Notes: generated from the letters alone by a model not told the origin. DNA of 64,000 nucleotides from a candidate division WOR-3 bacterium (GCA_025060695.1 JANXBH010000001.1:90730-154729); one strand, 5' to 3'. Shown: positions 19,509-29,859, counted from the first letter of the stretch. Made by a program: numbers and translations.

Positions 19509-21461
19509 TTATTTATTAAAGAGTGTTCGTGCTAATCTATTTCTTGCTCTTTTCTTTTCAGCTATAAATCTATATTCATTACTTTTTAAATTATTTCCAA
19601 TTAAGTAATACATAGCGGAAAATGTCCAGTATGCATCGTTTTCAGAAAGCAAAACTGAAACTTTTAATTTTTCCATAGCATCATTCCTTTTATCTAATTT
19701 CCACAAGGCTAATGCCCAAATATGATACATATATCCATTCATATAGCAATTTTTTAAAAGATATCTTGCAACACTGTCTACTTTTTCATATTCCTTCAAG
19801 TCATAAAGAAGACCTATCTGTCTTGCTCTTACATCTTCATTACAAGGCTCTTCGCGTAATATTTCATTTAATCTCTCTGAAAGTTTCTTAAAATCCCTAA
19901 ATTGAACAATTTCTAACTTGGAATAATTATAATGAACTGTCCTAAAGAAATTACTTTCCTTCATGATTTTCAAAAAACATATAAAACTAAAAATTCCAAA
20001 TAGTATTAAAAATAGAATTTCATAAAATTTTTTCTGAATAGCAAATAGAAAACATAAAATAGAAAAAGTCAGCCCTATGAGTATATTTATATTTAAAAGT
20101 AGTGAAACTATAACGAAAGACAATGATGCCAAAATTCCCTGAACGTATTTTCCAAAGCTTCCAAACATGGTATAAGCGGTAAATATATTACCTCTTTTAT
20201 CACCTTCTACATCGGACATATCCTTTAGACCAAATCCCAAGCTAATACCAAATAAAATAGAAAGTACCAATTTTTCATTCAATATTAAAATAGGATTTTC
20301 TTTATAAAAATAACCTATAGCTAAAACTACACTCATTAGAGCAATAAAGCTTAAGTTTAGTGTTGAAATTATCCAAAACCTCTTTAATCTAACAGGTTCA
20401 ATAGAATACAGAATAGAGGAAGAAAGAATTACTAAAATTATAACAAAAATACTATATGACGTAGAAAGTGCAATTGATAAATTGAGAATAGTAAGAATAG
20501 AAATATATCCAAAAAATTCGTTTTCTTTTAGTATACCTTCATTGAATACATTTCTTTTTTGGTTTATTTTATCTATTTCCCTATCAAAGTAGTCATTTAC
20601 TATAAGTGCTATCAAGAATGTTAAAAATAAGCATAATATAATATTAAAAATTCCAAGAAAGTCAAATATATTGGAAAATACAGATTGATAGGTAAATCTT
20701 ACAACTTTTAAACCAATAATAAAACCAAATACTAAAAATGGCAAATAGTATAGAAATTTATAAATTCTCATTTTGAAGATATTTTTTACATGGTGTGGAA
20801 ATAGAAAAATAAGCGATAGAATAATAAAATATAAGTTAATTAAAGCATACCTTTGAGTATCGGTTTCAATCAAGGAAAATGTTTTGAAATATTCTCTTGA
20901 GATAAATGAAGGAAATGAACCTATAACACCTGTAGTAATTAAAAAAATTAATACTATGAAAGTTGATTTTAAGATACTTTTTCCCCATGCAAACGACCAC
21001 AAGAAAATACCTAAAACAGCTACTAATAGTTCAATTCTCATACCAGGACTAAGTGCTCTAAGTTCTACAAATGGATTAAATAAGTTAAAAAGCGAATATA
21101 AAAATTCTTCGAAAGAAAATATATACTGTGGTCTAAAATTTCCTCCAAATATAGCATCAACTATCGGAGGAGTAATGATAATAATAGAAAACGAAAAAAC
21201 TATTTTTATTATATTAATCGTACTTTTGTATGGAAAGAAAAGTTTAATTATTGAAGAAAGTACTAAGTAAACCGCAAAGAAAAATGCATATTGATGTAAA
21301 AATATAAAAAGAGCTGACTTATATTCAATAGGATTAGTTAGCATGCGGTTGTGGTCTACTGCACCTTCAAGAACTCCTCTAATTATCGGAGATAGTAGTG
21401 CAATAACAAGAGCACTTAAAAAACTTGTATTTTCAATATATTCAATAATCTTCTTAATCAT
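19509..21461 (-). CDS. polytopic membrane protein with UbiA-type prenyltransferase motif and C-terminal soluble domain
   Basis: More than 12 TM segments. Asp-rich NDYFDREID (NDxxDxxxD) typical of UbiA-family prenyl/phosphoribosyl transferases. C-terminal ~150 aa is helical and TPR-like. Confidence 0.4.
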   Translation of the reverse strand: MIKKIIEYIENTSFLSALVIALLSPIIRGVLEGAVDHNRMLTNPIEYKSALFIFLHQYAFFFAVYLVLSSIIKLFFPYKSTINIIKIVFSFSIIIITPPIVDAIFGGNFRPQYIFSFEEFLYSLFNLFNPFVELRALSPGMRIELLVAVLGIFLWSFAWGKSILKSTFIVLIFLITTGVIGSFPSFISREYFKTFSLIETDTQRYALINLYFIILSLIFLFPHHVKNIFKMRIYKFLYYLPFLVFGFIIGLKVVRFTYQSVFSNIFDFLGIFNIILCLFLTFLIALIVNDYFDREIDKINQKRNVFNEGILKENEFFGYISILTILNLSIALSTSYSIFVIILVILSSSILYSIEPVRLKRFWIISTLNLSFIALMSVVLAIGYFYKENPILILNEKLVLSILFGISLGFGLKDMSDVEGDKRGNIFTAYTMFGSFGKYVQGILASLSFVIVSLLLNINILIGLTFSILCFLFAIQKKFYEILFLILFGIFSFICFLKIMKESNFFRTVHYNYSKLEIVQFRDFKKLSERLNEILREEPCNEDVRARQIGLLYDLKEYEKVDSVARYLLKNCYMNGYMYHIWALALWKLDKRNDAMEKLKVSVLLSENDAYWTFSAMYYLIGNNLKSNEYRFIAEKKRARNRLARTLFNK

Positions 21462-21463
21462 CT

Positions 21464-21889
21464 CTAAAATCTATAGTCTTTCAATATTATCACTTTATTT
21501 CTTACAACCTTTAGTTTATATGGCTTTTGAGATAGTTTTTTTATAAAGTATTGTCCCTCTATTAAATCTAATACACTATCATTTATCCATACACTACTTG
21601 GCTTTTCAGATATTCCTAAGGCTATCCAATATTTTCCTTGAAAAAATATAAGAAAATAGTTTGCACTTTTACCCTTTTCAAAGTATATTTTACCACTATC
21701 TACCTTCCCATTTTCGTATATAAGTTTATAACTTTTTGAACCTGATATAGCTCTTGTAGATAAAACTAAAGTATCCTTTTCCATTTTATATCCTGAAAAC
21801 TCAAACGATTTTACATTATTCTCAGTCCATATTTTAAGTGTATCTAAAGTTATGTGAAAAACTAAAACACTATCAATCAAAAAACTCAT
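21464..21889 (-). CDS. hypothetical protein
   Basis: 141 aa ORF packed between the UbiA-like gene and speE, with a 4-nt overlap with speE. No motif recognised. Confidence 0.3.
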   Translation of the reverse strand: MSFLIDSVLVFHITLDTLKIWTENNVKSFEFSGYKMEKDTLVLSTRAISGSKSYKLIYENGKVDSGKIYFEKGKSANYFLIFFQGKYWIALGISEKPSSVWINDSVLDLIEGQYFIKKLSQKPYKLKVVRNKVIILKDYRF

Positions 21890-22704
21890 TCTATTGCATC
21901 TTTTAAAAATTTCGGAATTTTAAACACTGCATCGTACATTTCATCATGATAGAATTTCAAATCTTCTATAAAATAATAATTTCTAATTTTAGGATATTCT
22001 AAAGACTGAAAGCTTATAGTAAATGACCAATATCCCCCAGGATAAGTAGGAATTGGTGCGGTATAAATATATGCATTTGAAAATATTTTCTTAAATCTTT
22101 GGTAAATAGTTCTAATTGTATCAATGTGATAGAATGGAGACTCACTTTGCATACAAACTATAGAGTTTTCAAAAACTAACTTTTTCAAATTAAATAGAAA
22201 CTCCTCACTTATCAAACCTTCAGCTATTTTAATAGGGTCAGTAGAGTCTATTAAAATTACATCAAATTTTCTACTTTCATTCTTTACCCATTTAATTGCA
22301 TCCATAATGATAACCTCTACTCTTTTATCATTAAATGAACTTGAAAGTTCGCTAAAGAATTTTTTTGAAACTTCAATAACTTTCTCATCTATCTCTACAA
22401 GCAAAACCTTATTAATAGGATATTTCAAAACTTCCCTCAGTGTACCACCATCACCCCCTCCTATTATAAGGATATTCTTAGGATTAGGATGTGACCTTAG
22501 TGATACATGCGCTAACATTTCATGATATATAAATTCATCTTTTGTAGTAGTCATAACAAGATTGTCTAATACTAAAACTTTACCAAAAAATTCATTTTCA
22601 AAAACTAATATTTCCTGATACTTACTTCTTTCACTATGAAGTATTTTATTTACTTTAAGATATAAACCTGATGAATTTGAATGATGCTCTATAAAACTGT
22701 CCAT
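21886..22704 (-). CDS. speE: polyamine aminopropyltransferase (spermidine synthase)
   Basis: ILIIGGGDGGTLREVLKY (SAM-binding GGGDG) and the VIDSTDP motif region. Confidence 0.8.
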   Translation of the reverse strand: MDSFIEHHSNSSGLYLKVNKILHSERSKYQEILVFENEFFGKVLVLDNLVMTTTKDEFIYHEMLAHVSLRSHPNPKNILIIGGGDGGTLREVLKYPINKVLLVEIDEKVIEVSKKFFSELSSSFNDKRVEVIIMDAIKWVKNESRKFDVILIDSTDPIKIAEGLISEEFLFNLKKLVFENSIVCMQSESPFYHIDTIRTIYQRFKKIFSNAYIYTAPIPTYPGGYWSFTISFQSLEYPKIRNYYFIEDLKFYHDEMYDAVFKIPKFLKDAIE

Positions 22705-23178
22705 TTAGAATATTGCAACTCCTGAAAAAACACAGGTCGGTCCATCAACAATAGCGGAAGAAGACTTAATTTCAATAAAGTCTATATCTATTTTTCTCCT
22801 TTGCATGGCTTCAATTGCCATATCGTATGCTAATTTTCTTGCCTCTTCTTCATTAAAATAACCACTTACTTCCATAATTACTCCTACACTCTGTCTATTT
22901 TTTGGAATAGCAACTGAAACCGCACATGAAATTACCCTCCCATACTCATTAGATATTAAATATCCATATGCAATAGGAAGAATTGAACCTTCTTTTAAAT
23001 CAATACTATCTACAATCTCTATATTAGGAGGAACTATACTTGAAACTTTTATAAGATTATAATTTCCTACACCTGCAGATATTAAAGCATCATCAAATGC
23101 ATTTAATAAAGTCTTTCCTCTTCCTATACCTGAGCAAAGATATATTCTTTTAAGCTCGCCAAATAAAGGGAACATCAT
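22705..23178 (-). CDS. pdaD: pyruvoyl-dependent arginine decarboxylase (PdaD family)
   Basis: 157 aa with KVSSIVPP containing the Ser-Ser self-cleavage site, and the conserved ALISAGVGNYNL region. Size and motifs match PdaD rather than SpeH. Confidence 0.7.
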   Translation of the reverse strand: MMFPLFGELKRIYLCSGIGRGKTLLNAFDDALISAGVGNYNLIKVSSIVPPNIEIVDSIDLKEGSILPIAYGYLISNEYGRVISCAVSVAIPKNRQSVGVIMEVSGYFNEEEARKLAYDMAIEAMQRRKIDIDFIEIKSSSAIVDGPTCVFSGVAIF

Positions 23179-24058
23179 CTTTTATAACTATACCTTTTTC
23201 CTCAGCAGCATTTCTTAAATATTTCGGTATAGCAAAAACTGCACTTTGAACAGCAGGATAGTAGTATTTAAATTGATTCTGAATTGACTTAAATCTTTCA
23301 TTTATAGATGAAAAACTAATATTTTCTGGATCTCTTGATTTACTTGCAATTACAAAAGCCCAAGGTAGTTGAAACGAGAACATAAAGGTCCAATATATTT
23401 TAACTATGGGAAATATTGTTTTCAATGTTTTTACTAAGCTTGCTGCAAAATTAGGATATAACGGATCTGCACTACCTGCTTGAGCAACAAATATACCATC
23501 CGAATTTAGTTTATTATACAGAATACTATAAAACTCCTTTGTAAACAACTTTATAGACGGTCCTTGCTCGATAGGTTCTGTTAAATCAGATATAATAACA
23601 TCATATATAATGCTTGTTTCTTCAACAAATCTTCTTGCATCTGTGTAGTATATTCTTGATTTTGGATTTTCAAATGCACCTTCACTCCACTCAGGTAAAT
23701 ATTCTTTACATAAATTTACTAACTCTTCATCTATATCTACCATGTAAGCTTCTTTTACACTTTCATGTTTTAAAACTTCCCTTAATGTCGCACCCTCACC
23801 TCCTCCCATAATTAAAACTCTTTTTGGGCTTGGATGTGAAAACATGGCTATATGTGTAAGTGCTTCATGATAAATATATTCGTCAACTTGTGCGGACTGA
23901 ATTTTATCATCTAAAAACAATGTTTTTCCGAAAGGCTCAACATCCAAAATCTCTACTTTTTGGTATTTAGTTCTACCACTGTAAATAATTTTTTTAATTT
24001 TATAAGAGAATAACAGGCTATCAGTATGTTTCTCTACAAACCACATTCCTCCAAGCAT
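23150..24058 (-). CDS. second aminopropyltransferase paralog (agmatine/long-chain polyamine aminopropyltransferase candidate)
   Basis: VLIMGGGEGATLREVLKH and ISDLTEP; 302 aa. Its 3' end overlaps pdaD by 29 nt. Confidence 0.75.
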   Translation of the reverse strand: MLGGMWFVEKHTDSLLFSYKIKKIIYSGRTKYQKVEILDVEPFGKTLFLDDKIQSAQVDEYIYHEALTHIAMFSHPSPKRVLIMGGGEGATLREVLKHESVKEAYMVDIDEELVNLCKEYLPEWSEGAFENPKSRIYYTDARRFVEETSIIYDVIISDLTEPIEQGPSIKLFTKEFYSILYNKLNSDGIFVAQAGSADPLYPNFAASLVKTLKTIFPIVKIYWTFMFSFQLPWAFVIASKSRDPENISFSSINERFKSIQNQFKYYYPAVQSAVFAIPKYLRNAAEEKGIVIKDDVPFIWRA

Positions 24059-24060
24059 AG

Positions 24061-24075
24061 TTTAAAATTTTAAAG
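24061..24075 (-). promoter_or_regulatory. TTTAAAATTTTAAAG element immediately upstream of the aminopropyltransferase paralog start
   Basis: Minus strand reads CTTTAAAATTTTAAACT-ATG, with TAAAAT ending 8 nt before the ATG at 24058. Confidence 0.45.
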
Positions 24076-24082
24076 TTAAGTG

Positions 24083-24364
24083 TTAAAACCAAGAAATTCT
24101 ATGCTGAGTAATTTCAAATCTTCTATCTTCTTCTAAAAATTTTAGAATTTCTAAAAGCTGACTATTTATATAATTAACATTGCTATTAAGACATGCAAAT
24201 CCAAGCTTACTTCTTTGCCAAGCATCATAATAATCTAATTCTGCAACAGAAACATTGAATTTTGACTTCACTTTATCTTTAATACTTTTGACAATATGTC
24301 TTTTTTCTTTAATTGATCTACTATAAGGTATAAATACTTCAACTTCAAGAACACCTACTATCAT
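24083..24364 (-). CDS. DUF503 protein (YlxP-like, infB-associated)
   Basis: LEVEVFIPYSRSIKEKRHIVKSI...FNVSVAELDYYDAWQRSKLGFA matches the conserved YlxP/DUF503 pattern. It lies immediately downstream of infB, as in Firmicutes. Confidence 0.6.
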   Translation of the reverse strand: MIVGVLEVEVFIPYSRSIKEKRHIVKSIKDKVKSKFNVSVAELDYYDAWQRSKLGFACLNSNVNYINSQLLEILKFLEEDRRFEITQHRISWF

Positions 24365-26469
24365 TCCAATTTAGGCAAAATCTTAACTACTTTGTAAACT
24401 TCAATAATATCCCCCTCTTTATAATCATTCCAATTAGTTAATCTTATACCGCATTCCATACCAGCACTTACTTCTTCTACATCAGTTTGAAAGTGTCTCA
24501 AGCTTTCAATTTTGCCTTCATATACTGCATTTCCATCTCTTAGTAATCTTACTTTATCTGCACTCTTTAAGACTTTACCTTCTAATGCATAACAACCTGC
24601 AACTTTTCCATACTTTGTCTTGAAAACCGCTTTTATTTCAAGCTTACCTAATAGTTCTTCTTTATACTCAGGTTCTAAAATACCTTGCATGAATTTAGTT
24701 AGGTCCTCAAGTAAGTGATATATAATTTTATGAACTTTTATTGGAACTTTCTTTGCATCTGCATAGGACTTTGCTCTGCTATCTATTTTTACTGAAAATC
24801 CAAGAACTACTCCTTCACTTGCCTCAGCTAACATTACATCACTTTCAGTTATATCACCTATTCCACTATGAACTATTATAGGTTTAATCTTTTCAAATTC
24901 CATCTTCAATACGCTATCCTTGATTGCTTCAAGTGTCCCATAGTTATCAGCTTTTAGAACAATTGCTAATTCCTTTTTCTCTCCTAATAGTATTTTTTCT
25001 TTTATTTTACTTGCTATTGATTCCATTTCACCTCTTGCAAGTTGAGCTTTTAGTGCTTTTCTTCTTTCTTCTACTATTTTTCTTGCTTCATTTATATCTT
25101 CAACAATCTCAAATTTATCACCTGCTCTTGGTAATTCTTCAAAACCTTGAACAAGAACAGGGTCGGATGGATATGCATTACTTAATTTTTCACCTCGGTC
25201 ATTGTATATTGCTCTAATTTTTGCATATGTATAACCAGCTACTACAATGTCCCCAGATTTTAAAACACCTCTTTGGACTATTAAAGTTGCAACTGGTCCC
25301 TTACCTTTATCCATTTTAGACTCTAAAACTATTCCTTTTGCAGTCCCCTTTATACTTGTCTTTAAATCCAACTCCTCACTCACAATTAATATTGCTTCCA
25401 ATAGGTCGTTTATTCCAATACCTTTATACGCAGAAACAGGAACAAATATTGTGCTCCCTCCCCAATCATCAGGTATTAAATTGTATTCTGAAAGCTGCCT
25501 TTTTACCATGTCAATATTTGCATCAGGAAGATCAATTTTGGTTATTGCAACTATGATTTTAACTCCTGCAGCTTTTGCATGATTTAGTGCCTCAATAGTT
25601 TGCTCCTTCACCCCTTCTCTCCCATCTACTACTAATATTACAATATCAGTAATTTGTGCTCCTCTTGCACGCATTGCTGTAAATGCTTCATGACCAGGGG
25701 TATCAATAAAAGTAATCTTTTTATTATTATAAACTACTTGATATGCACCAATCCTTTGAGTTATTCTACCTTCTTCTTTCTCAGCAATATTGGTATTTCT
25801 TATTTTATCAAGTAATGTAGTCTTTCCATGGTCAACATGTCCCATGATTGTAACTATAGGAGGCCTAATATAGTCATATTCAACTTCTTCCTTTACTTTT
25901 TCTTCTATTATTTCTTTCCTAACTACTTGAAAGCCAAAGTTTTCAGCCAATAACTCAATAACATCAAAAGGTAATGTTTGATTTATAGTTGCAATATATC
26001 CTATATCCATTAGGGTTTTTATAACCTCAGAAGGAGATAATCCTGCTATAGTAGAAAATTCTCCAACAGTCAAAGGACCTGGTATTTCTATAATTTTTCT
26101 CTCTAATACTTGCTCTTCTTTTATTAACTTCTTTGGCTTTAATTTTTGCTTTACGTGCTTTTTTATTGGCCTTTCCTCTTTAGTTATTTCTTCTCTTTTT
26201 TCCTGCCTTTGTTGTAGCCTCCTTGGAACTTTTTTTCTGGGAACTTCTAATTTTTGATATATCTCCTTTTTCTTCTCTATGTCCTTTTGAACTTCCTGTT
26301 TTTCCTTTTCTAATATTTTTCTCAAATAATCCTCCATTTCCTTATTTACTTTACTAAAACCAGATTTTACTTCATACCCTGCATCTTTAAGTAGTTCGAC
26401 TGCAGTCTTTACAGAAATACCTAAATCTTTAGCCAACTCTTTAAGTTGAACTGGTCCCTTTTTATTCAT
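24361..26469 (-). CDS. infB: translation initiation factor IF-2
   Basis: G-domain GHVDHGKTTLLD, DTPGHEAF, and the C-terminal beta-barrel domains. 702 aa. Confidence 0.9.
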   Translation of the reverse strand: MNKKGPVQLKELAKDLGISVKTAVELLKDAGYEVKSGFSKVNKEMEDYLRKILEKEKQEVQKDIEKKKEIYQKLEVPRKKVPRRLQQRQEKREEITKEERPIKKHVKQKLKPKKLIKEEQVLERKIIEIPGPLTVGEFSTIAGLSPSEVIKTLMDIGYIATINQTLPFDVIELLAENFGFQVVRKEIIEEKVKEEVEYDYIRPPIVTIMGHVDHGKTTLLDKIRNTNIAEKEEGRITQRIGAYQVVYNNKKITFIDTPGHEAFTAMRARGAQITDIVILVVDGREGVKEQTIEALNHAKAAGVKIIVAITKIDLPDANIDMVKRQLSEYNLIPDDWGGSTIFVPVSAYKGIGINDLLEAILIVSEELDLKTSIKGTAKGIVLESKMDKGKGPVATLIVQRGVLKSGDIVVAGYTYAKIRAIYNDRGEKLSNAYPSDPVLVQGFEELPRAGDKFEIVEDINEARKIVEERRKALKAQLARGEMESIASKIKEKILLGEKKELAIVLKADNYGTLEAIKDSVLKMEFEKIKPIIVHSGIGDITESDVMLAEASEGVVLGFSVKIDSRAKSYADAKKVPIKVHKIIYHLLEDLTKFMQGILEPEYKEELLGKLEIKAVFKTKYGKVAGCYALEGKVLKSADKVRLLRDGNAVYEGKIESLRHFQTDVEEVSAGMECGIRLTNWNDYKEGDIIEVYKVVKILPKLE

Positions 26470-27676
26470 TTAGTTTCTCCTCTATAAATTCTATAAGTTT
26501 TAACGAGGTTTTTTCATCAAGACCTATATTATATAAACTTGCTAAGGTTGGTTCCTCGTTAAATGAATAAAAACCATGCTTCCTTAAAATTTCTAAGACA
26601 GTAGGAGGAAAGCTTTTTTGTATTTCTAGTAATGTTACTATACCCTTTGGCTTTATATATTCTGAATAAGCTAATATAACTATGTCTTTTCCAATGAGTT
26701 TAGATGCAAGTATCACATTATAACCCTCTACCCCTTTTGTCTCTCCAACATGCTCGTCTTCTACTACTATATAAATTTTATCCTCAATTCTATATGCGGT
26801 TAAAACATATGGACTTTGAATAGCATTAACTGCAAACTTTATTAAATCATTATCCCACTTTACAATATCAACTTTTTCCCCACCAAGCTCCTTTTGAATT
26901 GGATTAAGTCTAGTTCCCTTGCTTCCTATGACTGTTCCTATAGGGTCTAATTTTAGCTCTCTTGAAAATACCGCTACTTTTGATCTTTTTCCGGGTATTC
27001 TTGCAACTTGCTTTATCTCAACAGTCCCATCCATAATTTCAGGTATCTCCCTTTCTAATAGTTTTTTTAGGAAATCAGGATGGGTTCTTGAAAGCAAAAT
27101 ATAGTTCTCCTTGTCATCAATACCAGTAATAACTGCAAGTTTCTTTTCACCCTGTTTAATCTTTTCAAACTCTCCTGGCAATAGTTCTGAAAAAGGTAAT
27201 TTACCCTCAGCATCTACTCTCTCTATTGCTAAAATTACCGAGTTCTCCTTCTTTATAATTCTCTGAACCTCGCCTCTTACAATCTCTCCAATTTTCTTAG
27301 AAAATTCCTTTACGATTATTTGTCTTTCCTTGTCTTTTAATCTCTGAGTAAATTTATTCATTATTTTATAAACTACTGCTCTTGGTAATTGTTCTATGGA
27401 AATTGGAACTCTTACCTCCGCTCCTTCTATTGCTTGACTGTCGTACTTTTTTGCATCTTGGATACTTATTTCGTTTGATGGTTCTTTAACCCTCTTTACT
27501 ACTTTCTTAGGCACCACCACTGTCCACTTATTATCCAGCTGAATTTCTACATTAGTTCTATAATAACTAGATGCAGCTTCAATTATAACACTTTTAAGAG
27601 TATTAATTATTTCTTCCCTATCTAAGTTTTTCGTTCTTACAAGCTGCTCTATCTTTTCTTCAAATTCCCTTGTCAT
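26462..27676 (-). CDS. nusA: transcription termination/antitermination factor NusA
   Basis: N-terminal domain, S1 (GEIVRGEVQRI) and KH regions (PGKRSKVAVFS...IGSKGTRLNPI). Sits in the canonical position between rimP and infB. Confidence 0.85.
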   Translation of the reverse strand: MTREFEEKIEQLVRTKNLDREEIINTLKSVIIEAASSYYRTNVEIQLDNKWTVVVPKKVVKRVKEPSNEISIQDAKKYDSQAIEGAEVRVPISIEQLPRAVVYKIMNKFTQRLKDKERQIIVKEFSKKIGEIVRGEVQRIIKKENSVILAIERVDAEGKLPFSELLPGEFEKIKQGEKKLAVITGIDDKENYILLSRTHPDFLKKLLEREIPEIMDGTVEIKQVARIPGKRSKVAVFSRELKLDPIGTVIGSKGTRLNPIQKELGGEKVDIVKWDNDLIKFAVNAIQSPYVLTAYRIEDKIYIVVEDEHVGETKGVEGYNVILASKLIGKDIVILAYSEYIKPKGIVTLLEIQKSFPPTVLEILRKHGFYSFNEEPTLASLYNIGLDEKTSLKLIEFIEEKLNE

Positions 27677-27679
27677 AGC

Positions 27680-28105
27680 TCATACCTCATCCAGTTTTAT
27701 TTTAGATATCTCAGATCTTTTGTATACTTTACCCGATACAACTACTTCATTTTCGTTAAATTGTTCCAATCTCCCACCAAAAGTGGCACCATTTTTTAAA
27801 AATAGTTTAACTTTCTTAGATACTGCCCATCTAAGTTCTCTGTCTTTATTTAATTCCCTGTCAAGACCGGGAGATGAAACTTCCAATACATACCTTTCTT
27901 CTATTATATTTTCAGCATCAAGTATAAGAGATATTTCTCTACTAAGTTTTTCTATTTCTTTTATAGTAATGCCACCATCTAAGCGATCTACGAATATTTT
28001 TAAAATGCCATACTTGCCACCTTTGTATTCAATATCCACTAAAACATAACCATATGCATCTATAATTGGTTTAATAGCTTTTTCTACTTCCAATTCAACT
28101 TGCAT
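27680..28105 (-). CDS. rimP: ribosome maturation factor RimP
   Basis: 141 aa, IIDAYGYVLVDIEY...LKIFVD pattern, upstream of nusA. Confidence 0.8.
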   Translation of the reverse strand: MQVELEVEKAIKPIIDAYGYVLVDIEYKGGKYGILKIFVDRLDGGITIKEIEKLSREISLILDAENIIEERYVLEVSSPGLDRELNKDRELRWAVSKKVKLFLKNGATFGGRLEQFNENEVVVSGKVYKRSEISKIKLDEV

Positions 28106-28129
28106 AACTTGAAAATTTTAAAGGTTTTA

Positions 28130-29587
28130 CTAAATTTCCCAAAAGCTAACTTTGTGCTTCCAAGAATGAGTCTTTTGTGTTTGCTGTATTGTTTTTTTAT
28201 TTAAATTTATAGAATTTGCAATATCTAAAAGGATTTTCGTTGGCTTCTTTTGAGAATATTTAAACTCTTCAACAAACTTAGTTGTATAGTTAGCACTTTT
28301 AAAATCTTCACTACTAAAGATTTCTATTAGATAATCAATATTAGTTTGAACTCCAAAAATTCTATATTCCTTTAATGCACATATAATTCTACTTATTGCC
28401 TCATTTCTATTATTTCCATATACTATAAGTTTGCTAATCATTGGATCGTAATATACTGGAATTTCATAACCCAAATATACTCCACTGTCTACTCTTATGT
28501 ATGGTCCCGCTGGTTCAATTAGAAATTCTATTTTTCCGGGACTTGGAATAAAGCCATTCATTGGATCTTCCGCATAAATTCTTGCTTCAATTGAATAACC
28601 TCTTGGAGTTATATTCTTTAAATAACTAATATCTTCCCCATTTGCAATTTTTATTTGTATTTCAACAAGGTCTATATTATATCTCCACTCAGTTATAGGA
28701 TGTTCTACTTGAAGTCTTGTGTTCATTTCTAAAAAGTAGAAGTTTTTGTTTTCATCAAATATAAACTCAACTGTCCCTACATTTTCATAATTTATAGCTC
28801 TTGCAAAATTTATTGCACTTTCAAACAGTTTCTCTCTTATTCTATCATCAATATATGGACTTGGTGATTCTTCTATAATCTTTTGGTGTCTTCTTTGAAT
28901 AGAACACTCCCTTTCTCCAAGTGCTAATACATTTTTATATTTATCAGCAACTATTTGAACTTCAATGTGTCTCGGTTTTGATATGTATTTTTCAAAATAG
29001 ATAGTTCCATCGCCAAATGCACTTTCCGCTTCTTTACTTGCTAACTCATATTTTTCCAAAAGTTCGTCCTTGTTATATACTATTCTCATACCCTTACCAC
29101 CACCACCCTTTGCTGCCTTTATCATAAGTGGAAATCCTATTTCCCTTGCATATTTTTCCGCATCATTAAAATTATTTATACCAGGAGAACTTGGCAATAT
29201 TGGAACATTTACTTTTTTTGCAATTTCCTTTGACATAATCTTATCACCTGCAAGTAATATACTCTCTATAGAAGGTCCTATGAATATTAATCCTGCTTCT
29301 TTTACTTTTTTTGCAAATTCAGGATTTTCCGATAAAAATCCATATCCGGGATGAATGGCATTAGAATTGGACTTTATTGCAATCTCTATAATTTTGTCCA
29401 TATTCAAATAACTCTTAATACTTTCAGGAGGTCCAATATAGTATGCTTCATCACTTAAAAGGACATGTAAGGAATTTTTGTCAGCATCTGAATATATAGA
29501 ACAATAAGGAATAGATAATCTCTTTAAGGTTCTAGCTATTCTTAAGGCTATTTCACCCCTATTTGCTATAAGGACCTTTTTTATCAT
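28130..29587 (-). CDS. accC: biotin carboxylase (AccC / pyruvate carboxylase subunit A family)
   Basis: MIKKVLIANRGEIALRIART, the ATP-grasp domain and the GGGGKGMRIV glycine loop. 485 aa. Confidence 0.85.
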   Translation of the reverse strand: MIKKVLIANRGEIALRIARTLKRLSIPYCSIYSDADKNSLHVLLSDEAYYIGPPESIKSYLNMDKIIEIAIKSNSNAIHPGYGFLSENPEFAKKVKEAGLIFIGPSIESILLAGDKIMSKEIAKKVNVPILPSSPGINNFNDAEKYAREIGFPLMIKAAKGGGGKGMRIVYNKDELLEKYELASKEAESAFGDGTIYFEKYISKPRHIEVQIVADKYKNVLALGERECSIQRRHQKIIEESPSPYIDDRIREKLFESAINFARAINYENVGTVEFIFDENKNFYFLEMNTRLQVEHPITEWRYNIDLVEIQIKIANGEDISYLKNITPRGYSIEARIYAEDPMNGFIPSPGKIEFLIEPAGPYIRVDSGVYLGYEIPVYYDPMISKLIVYGNNRNEAISRIICALKEYRIFGVQTNIDYLIEIFSSEDFKSANYTTKFVEEFKYSQKKPTKILLDIANSINLNKKTIQQTQKTHSWKHKVSFWEI

Positions 29588-29823
29588 TTTTTTAAAAATA
29601 AAATAATTAATGTGGCTAAAAATATAACTATGTTTAATATGGTAAGAAAAACTATTGCTGCAGATATATTTTTTATCATTGATATATCTTTCATAAGATT
29701 ATCACTTGTTTTGTGATAGTCCTGGACTGTTCGCTTGATGTCTATCCACATATCTTCTACTTCCTTTAAAACCAAATACAATGTTCTTAAATCATCTTTT
29801 TCTTTGTTTGGTTCGTTTTCCAC
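29584..29823 (-). CDS. small protein with C-terminal TM helix, translationally coupled to biotin carboxylase
   Basis: 79 aa with a GTG start 7 nt after a TAAAAT element. Overlaps the accC start by 4 nt. C-terminal AAIVFLTILNIVIFLATLIILFL helix. Confidence 0.35.
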   Translation of the reverse strand: MENEPNKEKDDLRTLYLVLKEVEDMWIDIKRTVQDYHKTSDNLMKDISMIKNISAAIVFLTILNIVIFLATLIILFLKK

Positions 29824-29827
29824 AAAT

Positions 29828-29859
29828 GAAATTTTAAAGCAACCTTAAAATTTTGAAAT
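29828..29859. promoter_or_regulatory. back-to-back TAAAAT elements serving the divergent small ORF (-) and ccdA (+)
   Basis: GAAATTTTAAAG at 29828-29839 gives TAAAAT 7 nt before GTG 29823 on the minus strand. CCTTAAAATTTTGAAAT-ATG gives TAAAAT 8 nt before ccdA ATG 29860. Confidence 0.45.
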
